Positions 36,715 to 49,337 of a stretch of DNA of 64,000 bases are shown piece by piece (the stretch's first letter is position 1; the number at the start of each line of letters is the position of its first letter). The stretch comes from Cyanophora paradoxa CCMP329. Lineage: Eukaryota; Plantae; Glaucophyta. The notes beneath the pieces are model-generated. The model worked only from the letters and a program-made list of their open reading frames with translations. It made no database searches and was not told the origin of the DNA. The stretch covers positions 124,001 through 188,000 of the forward strand of contig QPMI01000510.1 of the NCBI GenBank assembly GCA_004431415.1, read 5' to 3'. Made by a program: the position numbers and the translations under genes.

Positions 36715-39700
36715 TCAATTAAAGGACACCTGCGCCGGCGCATGCGCACGCGCGTCGATGTCGGCCAACGACTCTTCTTTGCGTGTGCACGCGAAAGCAT
36801 GGCGTACCGTGACGTTGTCTGGGGAGGCCAGAAGCGGGGGCGGAGGGGGCGGCGTCGGGCGGGAGTTGGGAGCGTAGACGACGGCCGGGGGCGGGGGCCC
36901 CGAAGGAGGGGGCGGCCTGGAGTAGGCGCCCTGCGCGGGGCTGGCGCCCTGGCGGCCGACGCTCGAGCTGAACGAGCCGTACTTGGCGCCTGGCTGCTGG
37001 CCGTAGCCCTGGCCCTGGTACTGCGGAACGGCTGCGACGGGCACGCGAGAGGGCGTCAGCACGGGGGCGAAGCCGCGTGCCTTTTTAATAAGAAGATCAG
37101 CGCCGCACCGGGCAGCACGGTCGCGTCGCCGTCACTGCCATACTCGCCGCCGCTGCCGTACTCGCCCCCGCTGCCGTACTCGCCGCCGCTGCCGTACTCG
37201 TACGCGCCCCCGTTGTGTCCACCGTAGTGTCCACCGCTCTGAGGTTTGGAACAAGACGGGGCCGCGATCAGAGTTCGACCCGCGGGCGCCCAGGCAGCTG
37301 AGATCTATAGCTAGACAGCAGATGCGAATCAAGCACGGGCCGCACGCACCCTGGGAGTGTAGCCCCCGCGCGCGGAGGCGCTCATGGTCACGGCATGCGG
37401 AGCCGCCGCCGGCGTAGCCCGCTGGCCATGGCGCCCTCCCTGGGTGCCGGTACTCTCGACCGGCATGTCCGTGACGGTGATCGAGGTCGATGTTCCGGGA
37501 AGCGTGTTGATGAGGCGGCCGTCCTGCAGGATCTCGTACTCTTTCGGGATGACCTCCTTCTTGACTGTCCGAGTCTCTTGCGGCTGTGACGCCGGCGCGC
37601 TGAGTGGCACGTGTTCGATCGACTTCCCGTGATTCCACGAGAGGGTGCCCGCGTTGCCGCCCATGATGTTCGGCGAGACGCCGGTGAGCTGCAGGTTGCC
37701 AGGGAACGGCAGCGGCTTCGGGGGCTCGGTTCCCGACGCCGGGGCGTAGGGCGAGTTGAACGGAAGGAGCGTCACGTGCGGGCTGCACGCGCCAGCGACG
37801 GCGCCCGAGGCGGTCAGGGGCTCGACGGCGAAGACGGCGCGAACTCCCGGGATGAGTTTCGTCACGGTGTGGGCGTTGAAGGGCGCGCCCGTCGCGTTCA
37901 CCACCTCGAGGACGCGCCCGTTCAGCGCGATCGCGAACCTGCGCATGCCCGCAAGCGTCAGACCGAGGGGCGCTGCCGCGGATCGACGTCGCCCGCGAGA
38001 CGGGTCGGCGCACGCGGCATAGGTGCGGAGCGTGTCCTCCGGCGTGATCCAGCGCAGGACGGCCCCGGCGCCGTCCGAGGCAGGGAGGACGGTGAGGGTG
38101 ATGCCGGAGGTGGAGTCGTTGGGGATGCCGGCGGCGAGCGGGGGCGAGGCGCAGTTCGCGGCGCCGAACTCGTTCGGGCCGGTCGGCACGACGGTGTAGC
38201 TTGTTAGAGTGTGGGGGGGCGGACGTGACTTCAGACTCTTCCCCTTCAGCTGCTCTCCCAACGCCGACAAGGAAGACTGCGCCTGGCCGTCGAACTTCGG
38301 AGGCGGGGGCAGATAATTCTTCCGCAGTTTTTGCTGCAGTTGCGCTGCGCGTGCGTTATAATTATTCGAATTCGTAACGTCAATTGCAATTTCATTATGA
38401 GCATATATATATATATAGCGACTGCTAACCAGACATGCCGGCGCGATTGTAGCTTGCCTTGACATTTCCTGTTCCCGCTTCAGAACGCACCTGAGGAAAT
38501 AGAGGTCAGATATCGATTATATGTACTTGTGATTTAATTGCAATTGTATGCAAAAAAGAGGCACCTGGAAGCCAGTGGAGTCTGTTTTTTCCTGTGTCTC
38601 TGAAGAAATGCATCGACAGCGTCATGATCAGTGCTAAGGTAACTACCGGCGATATCGATCGAATCAACCATCGAACCGGAGTAGTACATAAATATCCCGC
38701 CAGGGGCCTGCACGCGCGTGATCTCGTGAGCAGCTGCAGAGAGCATTGCAGCATTTTATATTTGCAGGATCTTGACAGCCCCGGCAGTGCTGGCCGGTGT
38801 TTAAAGACAGCGACCGACAATTTGATATGCCAACGCGGCCAATCCAGTTTTGAGCTACAGGCCCATTCCGCGCTACACCTAGCAAGAGGCAAACGTGCAC
38901 GTGCCTGCATCATGGGAGGCTTGACATACTCTCCGGTGACCGATCGCCCCGTCTCCATGATCCAGCGGTCGATCGCCTGCTCAGTGCCGCGTCGACGTCG
39001 CGCGCGTACAAGCCGCCCCGCAGCGTGCGCGTTCGCGCAGACCTGCTTCAGGCTCTCCACCTCGTCTCCGAAAACGCGGACTGCACGCCACGCGTCATGA
39101 TCATCGTATACCAGTATGACAGTTGCAGGTGCAGCGGCTATCAATCGCGAGTAACTTCAACTACTTTGAGGTCGTCGCGGAGCTTTTCAACTCAAGATGG
39201 AGCACGAGCAAGCTTTGCGATCGAGGACACGGGCCGGGGCGCACCCTTCCACTCGTTGTCCTCTTCGGGGTTGGGAGTCTGGTGGCTCGCCAGCTTGAGG
39301 AAGTACTTGAAGTCGAGAAAATAATTGTACTCTGCGTGCGTTCGCGCGATTAACGTCAAAGCGAGCACACATTTGCGAGCACACCAAAATTAAACTCACC
39401 GAACTTTTTCTTCTCCTCCTTTTCCTTCTTGTTCCTCTTGCCCTTTTTGTCGTCCTCATCCAGGTCATCATCTTCGTCATAGTCCTCATCCTGCCGACAG
39501 GGAAGCAGTGAGCTTATAAATTAGAATATATATATCGTCGGCCTCTAAACGTTGTTGAAGTTCTAGCGTCGCGGCTCGCGTTCGAGCGTACGCACGATCT
39601 TCTGCTTGCGACCCTTGCAGCACGGACAGCCTCGTAGGCACTTGCACGAGGCAGCGTTCTTGCACGCTTTGACGCACGGCTTACAGGGGTCGCAGCAACC

Positions 39701-42336
39701 GGAGCAGACTTCGCCGCAGTCGCAGGTGAGCGCCTGCATGAAGGCAGCGTGCGAGAGTTAGTCGTCGAATTCGAAGCGAATGAATTCGAAGAGTTGCATA
39801 ACAACGCACATAGCAGCATCTGATGCCGGTCACGCAAGGAATGAAGCAGCAAGCGCCAGCTCCGCGCGGCTTCTGTGCGATCCCATGCCCAAGGCGCATC
39901 AGCGCATGCAAGGATTACCATGAACTAATCAAATGATTCCTAGATCTTACATTCTTCTTGCCGGGCTTCCCCTCCAAGGCCTCCTTCAACCCCGAGAAGA
40001 GAGGAAGGCTCGTCAGTCTGACCGAATGCATGAGCCGTGGGAGTCATGATCATGATTATGCGTGCGGAGCAAGCCTGGCTGTTCTTACCCGGTGTATTTC
40101 GCCATCGAGAAGCCGGGGAAGAAAGCTGACAGCCTGGAGACCTTCGCCTCGCCCGCGTTCAAGCGCTTGACAGTGTACTGAACGACGTCGACATCCTTCC
40201 GCCAGATCGTGTTCGACTCCTGCGTACACGCATCGAGCCAAAACATTCAATGTCGAATCGATATTTCTCGTTAATTTAAAAGCGTTGGGGGGGAGCACTG
40301 CGTACCTTGGAGTCTGACTGCTCGTTCCAGATAATAAGAATAGCTCGCAGCGTCGTGAAAATCACGCGGTCCACTGCAGAAATTGGTCAAACTCGGTACT
40401 AAAGTCCGCCGTTCTAGAAGTGAAGAGCGCACTGTCGAAGGGAACTCGATTCTCGAGGTCGAACGGGCGCTCGACGTAGCCTGCCGCTTCCTTCCTTTTG
40501 ATGGTTCTCGACTCCACAAACTTCGAGTACTGCGCATATGCACGATAGCTAAGTATAAGCTATCGACTCGCGATCGTATAATCGACGAACAGCAACGTCA
40601 ACCGACCTTTGTTTCTGCAGTGTGACCCGCGACGTACCTGGGAGGCGAAATCATTTCAGCACATAATTAGTACTAACGCAGGACGTGGAACAGCTACTTA
40701 GGGCAGCAGTATGGCCAGAAGACACAGCGATTCCAGAAGCAGGTGCAGCCGTCCGGTGGCTGGGCGATCGCAAAGTTAGTATATGCAGTTTGAGCAGACA
40801 TGAAAATGGATAGCTTTAAAGATGAAAAAAGGCACGCTAGCGCACGAAGCAGCAGCATTGGCAGCCCTCGCACTTTCCACGTTTGCCTCCGGGTCCCTTC
40901 TTGCAGCATGAACATTCACCACACTTCATTTTGTGGCCTGAATTCGAAGGTCACATGCGTGTTCTCTAGTTATAGAAATGTTTTAAAACGAGCAATCGAA
41001 TTATTCCAGCAGCTCACATTCGCATTTCCACTGGGGACACATGCACATGATGTCTCCGCCTGCTCAATTGCAAAAAAGCGTAATATTAATGTGAGATTAA
41101 GCTCGTCCATCCGTATTTAGCTTGAAGTAAGGCTTAATCGCTCACAGCAGCCCCATGGCAAGCACTTCTGGTGCCCCTGCCAGCAACTGCGCTCATTATA
41201 AACTCAAGGTCTGAATCCTGACGAAGCGAAAGCCTCCGACAGCAAGAAAATGAAGAACGCACGGCTCTCCGACACCTAAATATCGCGATCAGTCACGCAG
41301 AAGGACCTAAAATTAGTCGCGAAGAGCGAAGCACTGAAGCAAAACCGCACTTGAATAGGCTGGGCAGCACAAGCAACACCGTTTCATTTTCTCGAACTCC
41401 GCAGTGAAGAGCAGATCGTAGCAGCAGTGCGCTGCGAGGGATCGGATCAGAGTGAGCTCGGGTCGCACTGGTTTAAGCCAAGATCGCATGCAGACCGCCG
41501 CAGTCGCAGTAGCAATCGCACATGCAGATCCTCCTCATCTTGAGGGCGTGGGGCCACCACTGCAAGCGGACGCCTCGGTGGACGAGCCAGAGCGCCAGGG
41601 GCGGGCGCACTGCGGCAATTTATATTACCTTATTTTGTATCATGTGCGACTTCTCTTCAATCTCCTTTCTAGTGTGCTCCTGGCTTGCCTCGTCGACAAA
41701 CAGGCTCTGTGCGGAACGCATGCGCGGTGTTCATATACAAGCTTAGGGCAAAGAGCAAGCATGAGTCGAATTTTTAATCGAACGGCCGCGGTAAACCGGC
41801 GTTGAGCTACCGTAGTACCTTAAGTTTCTTCCTCGGAATGTATGTGTAAATTCCAATGAGCTCCTCTCCTGCAGTGCTTGGTTAGGATCAGACAACTAAT
41901 GATCAATGCATTGCAGGCTACGTATACGCCAATGTACCTGGGAGCATAATCGGGGTGTCTATCCCGAACCTGCACACAGTGATCATGATCAGTTGCAATC
42001 GAGCTCGAAACTTAGCTATAGGTTGTATCGGAAACTGGCCGCGGAACAATAGCTAGCTATTCTAGATCTAGCACTCAGCAATGTATATGCGGCACGCACT
42101 TGGCCTCGGTTTCAGGGATCCAGCTGGCATCCACGGGGAAGAGTTTGATGCCGGAGACTGGCGCCCCCGCATCTTCTTTCTCCAAGCTCTGCGCCTGCTC
42201 GAGCCTGCGCATGCACATGTACACGGGCGATGCCGATCGCGATCGCGGCAGTCAGCTGCGCGCCATGGCCTGCACGACTCCAACAGTGCGCACGCGGGCA
42301 CGCGCACTTCTCTTTAATCTCATCGTAGCTGGCCAT
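36715..42336 (-). CDS. Large multi-exon protein: two Cys-rich blocks, acidic/basic patch, FN3-like region, (EYGSGG)n and Pro-rich tail
   Basis: Exon phases join consistently from MASYDEIKEK through CHKMKCGECSCCKK..CEGCQCCCF, ALTCDCGEVCSGCCDPCKPC.., DEDYDEDDD..KKEKEEKKK, AVLRW..FAIALNG..FAVEP and GTLSW..YEILQDG. One junction near 41200-41330 could not be resolved. Confidence 0.6.
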
Positions 42337-42479
42337 CGCGCTGCGCCCGTACGCGTGGTGTGGCCGCTGCCGGCGCCGCTATATCGACGCCGATCGTGAT
42401 CTGCAGCTGGATAGCTATAGCTCAGGCGTCTATAGCCGCTGAGCTACAAGGCCGTACGCGTGGCGGGACGCGCGATACA

Positions 42480-43030
42480 ACTGCTCTAGATCTAGAGCTC
42501 TGGCGCGGTTGGGCTGCACTGGGCGCGTCCGATCGCGACTCGTGAGTACTAGTCGTGCCAGGCTAGAGTACCGTAGTACTGACTCTACTACTGAGTACCA
42601 CGGTACCGCAGGACTCGTACCGTAGTGCCGTAGTTACGGCGTAGTACCGACTCGGCGACGTACTACTAGTATGACTACCGTAGTTACAGCGTAGTACCGT
42701 ATACGTAGTACCGTAGTACGGCGCCGGCGTACTACGGTACTACGTATACGTATATACGTATCATAGTATACGGTATATACGTAGTACCGTAGTACCGTTC
42801 CGGTAGTCTACTACTGTACGGTACTCAGTACTACTGATCAGTAGTACTCACTGAGTCAGGCTATCATAGTATAGCTACGGCAGAATCCGGGCGCCCCCGC
42901 GGCCGGGGCCCGGCACTGGGCCGGCAGATCCCGGGAGTCCGCCGCCGCCGGCGTTGGCGGACTAGTACTACGGGCCAGACCACCGGTACAGTGCGGTACG
43001 TATACTACGGTACCGTAGTACTACGGTACG
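42480..43030. repeat. Palindrome-built low-complexity tract (GTAC/TAGT-rich, with a GC palindrome block)
   Basis: Dense GTAC/CTAC/TACG words, including a perfect 23-bp inverted repeat 42698-42720/42728-42750. Confidence 0.85.
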
Positions 43031-45549
43031 GCCTGCGCAGGCTGCGCTGCCAGTGCTGCGCATCTGGGCCGTGAATCCCCGTGATCTGGCATTACCGTAC
43101 TATCGCGCAGGCTCAGCGGCTGCGCATGCGCATCATGCCATGGCATACCGTGTAACACTTAAAATGCGCGCACTTAATTATTGCGCCCCCAATTTAATGC
43201 GGAAATCCTGGAAATCCTGGCGAAAATAAATCCGCCAGCGTCTTGATTTCGCCTCTCCGCGACCTTCGCCATAGACGGGGCAGCCGCTCGTACCCCTTTT
43301 CCTGTACAAAGGCTTAATTCGCCAGCGTCAAATATTTGCCAGCGCTTCGCGCTATACGCGTACGCGATTCGCGAGTCAATTAAAAATTGCAATGATCATG
43401 AATCATGATATCGATTATGATGGATACAGAGATCTATAGCTAGATGCCATCGGTATATATACATATATATAAATATTATAATTCTCGAGCTCGCGATCCA
43501 ACGTTAACATAATTTAACAAATATCCTTTGCAAGCTAGATTTAAAAAAAGATCTTCCAAGAGAAAAAGGATCTGTTCCACGTGCACGTGGTCTGTGCACG
43601 TCAAGAAAAAGATCTGTGCACGTCAAGAAAAAGATCTGTGCACATCTAAACGATTGCTACGATTCTCGGGGTTGAATGCATATGAAAGCGTTGCTGTCGA
43701 CACGAAAATTCCGTTCAGAGTCGCGATCGCGAATCTCTTCGATTGTGCTCATTGGTTCGCCAGCATGACTCAAGCCCCCCGAAGATCTCCCCGAAATGCT
43801 AGCTGATATTCACGATCAGCACAGCACGCCGGCCCCACAGGGGCCGCGCCGGCGGCTGCATATTATACAACAAATATATGCAGTTAACCGTATATTACCA
43901 AATATATAAATCTTTTACTCAAGACTTGCGTGACCTCACGGTCTTTGTGATTGGCCAGGCGCACGTGTGCCTCACGTGTGTTGCCTATCATCACTACCCC
44001 CCGCCTACGTTCGCCCAAACTTTCCGCCCGGCTAGCTCGCTCCGCTCGCTCCAGCGCTCGGCCTGCGCGCGCTCCGCGTGCTCGGGAAGCATGTGCGACG
44101 CTCTCGCTTGCTTGCCGCCGCCCGCCGCAGACAAACGCTCCTCGAAGGCGATCCTGCGGCGCGCGTCTTCCGTCAACGCTCTCCCCGTGCTTTAGATGCG
44201 TGTACCAAGCTATAGACGGGCCGGAGCGCCAGGCCTGCCGCTGGATCGGTCCCGGTTGTTCGAATCGCGGTTTCCGCCCATCCGGCGCGGTTTCGCCGCC
44301 CCGGTGCCGCTCGTGCTCCTGGGTGCGATTCTCCATCCTTGTGCATGCATTAGAACGCGGTCGTATGCCCAGAAAGAGTGCCGCCCACGCGAAAGAAAGG
44401 TCGAGGTGCCTTGGACACGGGCCACACGGGCGGGCGCTACATACAAGGGGGGGCCGGGCGAGCGGTGCCAGAAGCTAGTAAACATGCCTACGAACGCCTC
44501 GGAATGGCGCTGCGTGCGATTCCGGCCCGGGGCCGCCGCCGAGGTGAAGGACCGCGCCTGGGTGGTGGTGGTGGTCCATCAGGCGGCGGCGAAATGGTCG
44601 CAGAAGAGAACGGAAAGGAAGTATAGCACCTGTACATCAAGAAACGACGATGCGCAGCCGGCGAGCGAGCCCCCCGTCGTCAGGCGGCCGAGGAACAGGG
44701 AAGTACTGCAGGCGCGGTTAGCAATAGCAACAGATTCACACGAGCGATTTGCCTACCATGCAAGGGAGAGCTTCAAAACCTTGATGCGCATAGGGAAGAA
44801 CGCTTGCTGTGCATGGGAATTGCACACTTGCGGCGGGTCAGGAACTGTTCAAAAACCTCGGTCAATGGCACAAGTCGCCCCAGGGCGGGTAGCGCGGGCG
44901 CTCCAAGGCGCACCCGCATGATTGCATATACTTTCTTATGTCAGCGCACCATGTCCCGAGGCCGCAGTGAGGCGCTCCTCGCATCGGATGTTGCTGCTCT
45001 GTCTCGTGCGGGTCAACTACGGAATCGCGGACATGGCGAATGTGGTTTCTGATATCGATAGCGTACCTGTAACCGAGCTGGACTCGTCCGGCGCAAATCG
45101 CTCGTGTAGCCGTGGGAACTGCTGACTAACTGCCGTAACCGCCCAGGTCTAGGGGACGCTCGGCCCGCTAAGGCATCCTTCTGGGTGCGCTAACAGTGAT
45201 GCTGGTGCGCTTCGCCGCTCAGGCTGCTCAGGCCGCTCGCTGCCACGCACAAGGTCGCCGGGGTACGAGCGCGAACGAGAACTCGCCGTACCCACAAAGT
45301 TGAGTTGGAATTTGCATACTACGGCGAGTCGAGTCAAAAAGTCCGAGTCAAAAACTCGAGCGATTTGCCTGATTGGTCAAAAAGGACTCGGAATTACTCA
45401 ATGCACCGGCGCAGGTCCTGTTGGACCGGCGTGCTGTGCAGGCGACATCGATTCAGGAAGATCTTTTTGTCCTTGGTAAAATCTCCCCCGAAATGCTAGC
45501 GCCAAGTTCCAAGGTTCCTCCAAGATTTTATCAGTTTGAACTACGAAGT

Positions 45550-46260
45550 TCTACTAGTAGTAGTGTATTTAACAATGTCGATCGGCGAGTCCGGCCGGCC
45601 GGGGCGGCGCCGGCCGCCGGGCGGCGCCGGCCGGCCGCGGCCCGGCCCGGCGGCGGCCCGCCGGCCCGGCGCCGGGCCGCCGGCTGGCGGGGCCCGCCGG
45701 GCCGCGGCCGGCGCCGGCGGGGCCCGGGCCCGGGGGTCACGGCGGGGCCCGCGGCCCGGGGTGCCGCCACCGTGCCGGCCGCGTACTACCACTGTCTACC
45801 AGTGGCGGCGCGTAGGCTGCGGCGTTAGCCTAGCACTAGTAGTATCATATCATATATAGTCACTGAGTATGCCATATCGCATACTAGATACCCGGTAGTA
45901 GAACACATGCCTTGATGTACTACGGTACTAGGGGCGGTACACCGACGTACTACGGTAACCGTTCTACGGTAACCGACGACTCAGTGACTAACCGTACGCG
46001 TTCAACACCGCAGCGCCCGAGTACTAGTAGTACTAGTACTACGGTACGGCGAGTACTAGTCTGCCAGTGTTCAACGGTTACACTAGTACTAGCCTAGTAG
46101 TACTGCTGTAGTAGTACTCATGATCAGTGAGTCGACAGTGACTGTGACACGCTAACACCGTGGCACTGTGAGCTCGAGTCTGTGACAGTAAGCGCAAACT
46201 GCGATCGCGACTCTCAAGAGTCTACAAGCTGTGTACAGTAGCCTGCGTAGGCTACTAGGC
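45550..46260. repeat. Palindrome-built low-complexity tract (CCGG block, then GTAC/AGT block)
   Basis: 45590-45780 is almost only G/C (CCGG, GGCC words); 45780-46260 is rich in GTAC, ACTAGT and TAGTAG. Confidence 0.85.
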
Positions 46261-46439
46261 TAGCCTGCCGCAGTGCGAGAGCCTCGGACTCCGGGAGACA
46301 CGCGTACGGCCGCACAGCCGAGCACATCCTCGCGATCGCGATCGGGCCCACCGGTACCGTACGCGTGCAAGCCTAGAAGACCGCCATCGAAGTCCAAGTC
46401 TCGGCGTAGCCTAGTATACGTGCACGTGTGCCTCGCGAA

Positions 46440-48886
46440 ATGGGCTGCTGTTCGTGCAGCTGCAAGCGGCCGCATATCGCCCTGCCTCCGCCGGAGGCGG
46501 CTCGGCTTGACCGCAAAACTATGTCGATGGCCGGCATTCATCACACGAGATTCGGTGGCGGTGCTGATTACGAGGCGAAACCCAAGGTGCGAATCGCGAT
46601 CGGCACATGCACGCATCGCGCGTGGCATATGCATGCATATGCATGTCGCCTGTATACGTACATATGCATGTGCATGCATATGCGCATCATGATCACGGCA
46701 TACATATTTGCATGCGCGTGTACAGCTGCCGCAATTTTGCAACGTCGGCGCCTCGAGCTCATGATAATGATCATGATCACAATACTGATATATAATCGGA
46801 TCATGATCATGCATTTGATCACATTCACATCAATATTTAATATAGTAAATATATATCCACTTGCACGCAATATATTCAGTCGCAATCGTCATTGCAACAT
46901 ATCGCGATCGATCGATTATATAATTACGCATGCCCGTGCATGCGCACGTGCGCATATACATGCTCATGCTGCAGCTAACCGCGAATCGGATCAACTGCAC
47001 CGCAGGCCCCTGGGCCATCTATGAGCTTGCCCGAGTGGAGGGCTGCAAGGAGGTCGAAGCCGCACAGCCGAGAAGTTCGCGTCTTTCTGTCCTCCACCTT
47101 CCAGGATACACAGGAGGAACGTGCGCGCTGCAGCTGCCGCGCGCAAAGAGCTCGCCGAGTCGAGCAGCATGCTGAAAATGGTTCGCGGGCGCACGCAGGC
47201 GACATGGCCCGCGACCTCGTCACGCCAGAGTTGAAGGCGCTGTGTGGAGCCAGGGGCCTCTTCTTCCATCTGGTCGATTTGCGGTGCGCGCGCGTGGACG
47301 TCGACGCATGCATTTGTGTGAATTCGAAGGCTTTCACGCATTTTCCTAATCGATGAACTGCGCCTGAACCAGGTGGGGGATCACGGAAGACTCTGGGGGC
47401 GACTGCCAGACGCTCAGGTCAGCGGTATTGTCGAAGCATTGATCTTATCCGTATATACGATTCGAATTTCCAAGGTTAACGTTGGCGCTCAGGCTGTGCC
47501 TCGACGAAGTTCACCGAAGCATTTATTTTGTAATTTCTCTCCTCTTCCCCTTCATGTTAGCTTTTAAATTTCCCTCACGGTACCGATCATTCAGGTCGGA
47601 ATGATGAAGGGCCGTTACGGTGCTTAAATTTCATTTTTCATGAAGAAGCTATAAAAAACGAATTTGAATCTGATATTGTTCGCGCACGGCTCATGATATC
47701 GATCACATGTACACGATCCTGTGATCATGACTCTAGGATGGAACGGCAACCCGACCAGGGTACGCGCCCGCGGAACTCGCCCTTTATTGAAGCACGTTCT
47801 TACAAGGATGCGTGCACACTTCTCCGATACCTGTCTGCAGAGATACAAGGACAGCGACACGTCGAAGGCGGCCAAGGACGAAATCGACAATCTGAGAACA
47901 TATGCTGAGTACGCCGAATTTTCTTCAGTGAGACTACTACTTCGACTGAGAACAATGCATGTAGAAATATCTCCGTTGCAGAGCAACAATACCCCTGGGT
48001 GCGTCAGTACAAAGAAAAGAGCGCAACGGAGCTCGAGATACGTTTGGGGGTCCTGAACAATGCGGAGGTTCGAGCCGGCAGCGCGAGCTCCGGGCGTTCC
48101 TGCGCGCTCACGATCGCGTCTGCATTTTGCAGGCTAAACGAGATTACACCGTTTTCTATTTTTCATCTGCGGCGCTTACGCACGAATCGTTGAAGAAAGC
48201 ACCAGCAGACCAAGCCGAGGGAGATAGTGAGCGCAAAGCGCTCCAAGCGCTCAAGGATGAAATCCGGAGCAAGGTGGGGTCCACAGTCGTCGAGTACTCA
48301 ACTCCCCAAGAGCTCTGCAAAGACATGACCGCCAAACTCAGACAGGTGCTTTGTCTATTTGGTGGTCCGCTCTACGTCCTTTTATTGATTACAAGCACTT
48401 GCCGTGCAATTCGACAGATGATAAATCGAGACTTCCCGATAGATTCTCTGCCTTCATGGGTTTGCCAAATTTGTGGATTCGCGATCGGCCGAATCTTCGT
48501 TGACTTTCTGTACACGCGGCTGCGCAGCTCGACCAGGAACGGGCGTCCCATGACGCGTTTGCGACTCCGCTCCAGCGAGTGTTTGTGGAGGATCGGGACA
48601 GCATGGATTACTTGAACCAATACGCGAGGGGGCAGTACTCCAACATCCTCGTCGTCCAAGGCGAGAGCGGATGTGGAAAGAGCGGTACGCCCCCGGCCGC
48701 GGGCCCCGCAACTCGATTTCCTTCTTGCCTCTTACTGCTACTCGCGGCAGCTCTCCTCGCGAATTGGGCCGAGCGCTGGGCGCAATCCAACCAGACGGAC
48801 CTCACGATCATGCACTTCCTCGGCGGCTCCGACAAGAGCGCCTACATCTCGTCCATCTTCCGGCGCGTGGGGGAGGAGGTCAAGAC
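46440..48886 (+). pseudogene. NPHP3/TEP1-like DUF4062-NACHT gene, 5' half, interrupted by a transposon
   Basis: MGCCSCSC N-terminus; EVRVFLSSTFQDTQEER, VDLRWGITE, LCLDEV, KSATELEI, Walker A GESGCGKS, LLANWA..., IMHFLGGS. The frame is broken at 48887 by CACTG followed by non-coding repeats. Confidence 0.88.
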
Positions 48887-48903
48887 CACTGGGAGCCAGA
48901 AAT

Positions 48904-49101
48904 TAAGTTTACCATATGGTAAACTTAGGGTGTGGTAAAGTTGTGCTGTTTGCGTTACACCACTGTAAAGTCACCAGGGTAAAGTCGCCGGGGTAAAGTC
49001 AGGGTGGTAAAGTTGTGAAAAGCGGGGTAAAGACGTCGGTGTAAACTCGCCGAGGTAAAGTTGGCGAGGTAAAGACGTCGGGGTAAACTCGCCGAGGTAA
49101 T
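48904..49101. repeat. Subterminal repeats: 24-bp palindrome plus GTAAA motifs at 14-bp period
   Basis: TAAGTTTACCATATGGTAAACTTA at 48904-48927. GTAA(A) at 48965, 48979, 48993, 49007, then 49027, 49041, 49055, 49069, 49083, 49097. Confidence 0.92.
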
Positions 49102-49337
49102 GTTGGTTTCGGTGCAGCGGTTCACTTTTTTACGTTTTTTTTGCTTTTTTTTATTTTTTCTGTAAAAGCTATCTATAGCAGCCCATCTTCAAGCGATACT
49201 GCGCGCGAGCTCTATCCTAGAGCTAGCTAATCGGTTTGATGAATGCTTCGTATTCCTGAAATCTGCAGCTGGGACGGAATTCTTCTTATTTGCGTGCGCA
49301 TGCGGACTGGCGGGATGCGCACCAGCCTGGCAGGTCA

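Noticed and set aside
36598-37227. Extensin-like (YSPPLP)n ORF on the plus strand
   Set aside because: It is the antisense shadow of the (EYGSGG)n exon of the minus-strand gene.
43878-45125. Protein-coding gene in the central core
   Set aside because: ORFs on both strands lack motifs and host-like codon bias, and no convincing exon chain could be built.
45550-46100. Polinton/virophage terminus (AGTAGT runs)
   Set aside because: No long TIR pair, and no pPolB, integrase, ATPase or capsid ORFs nearby.
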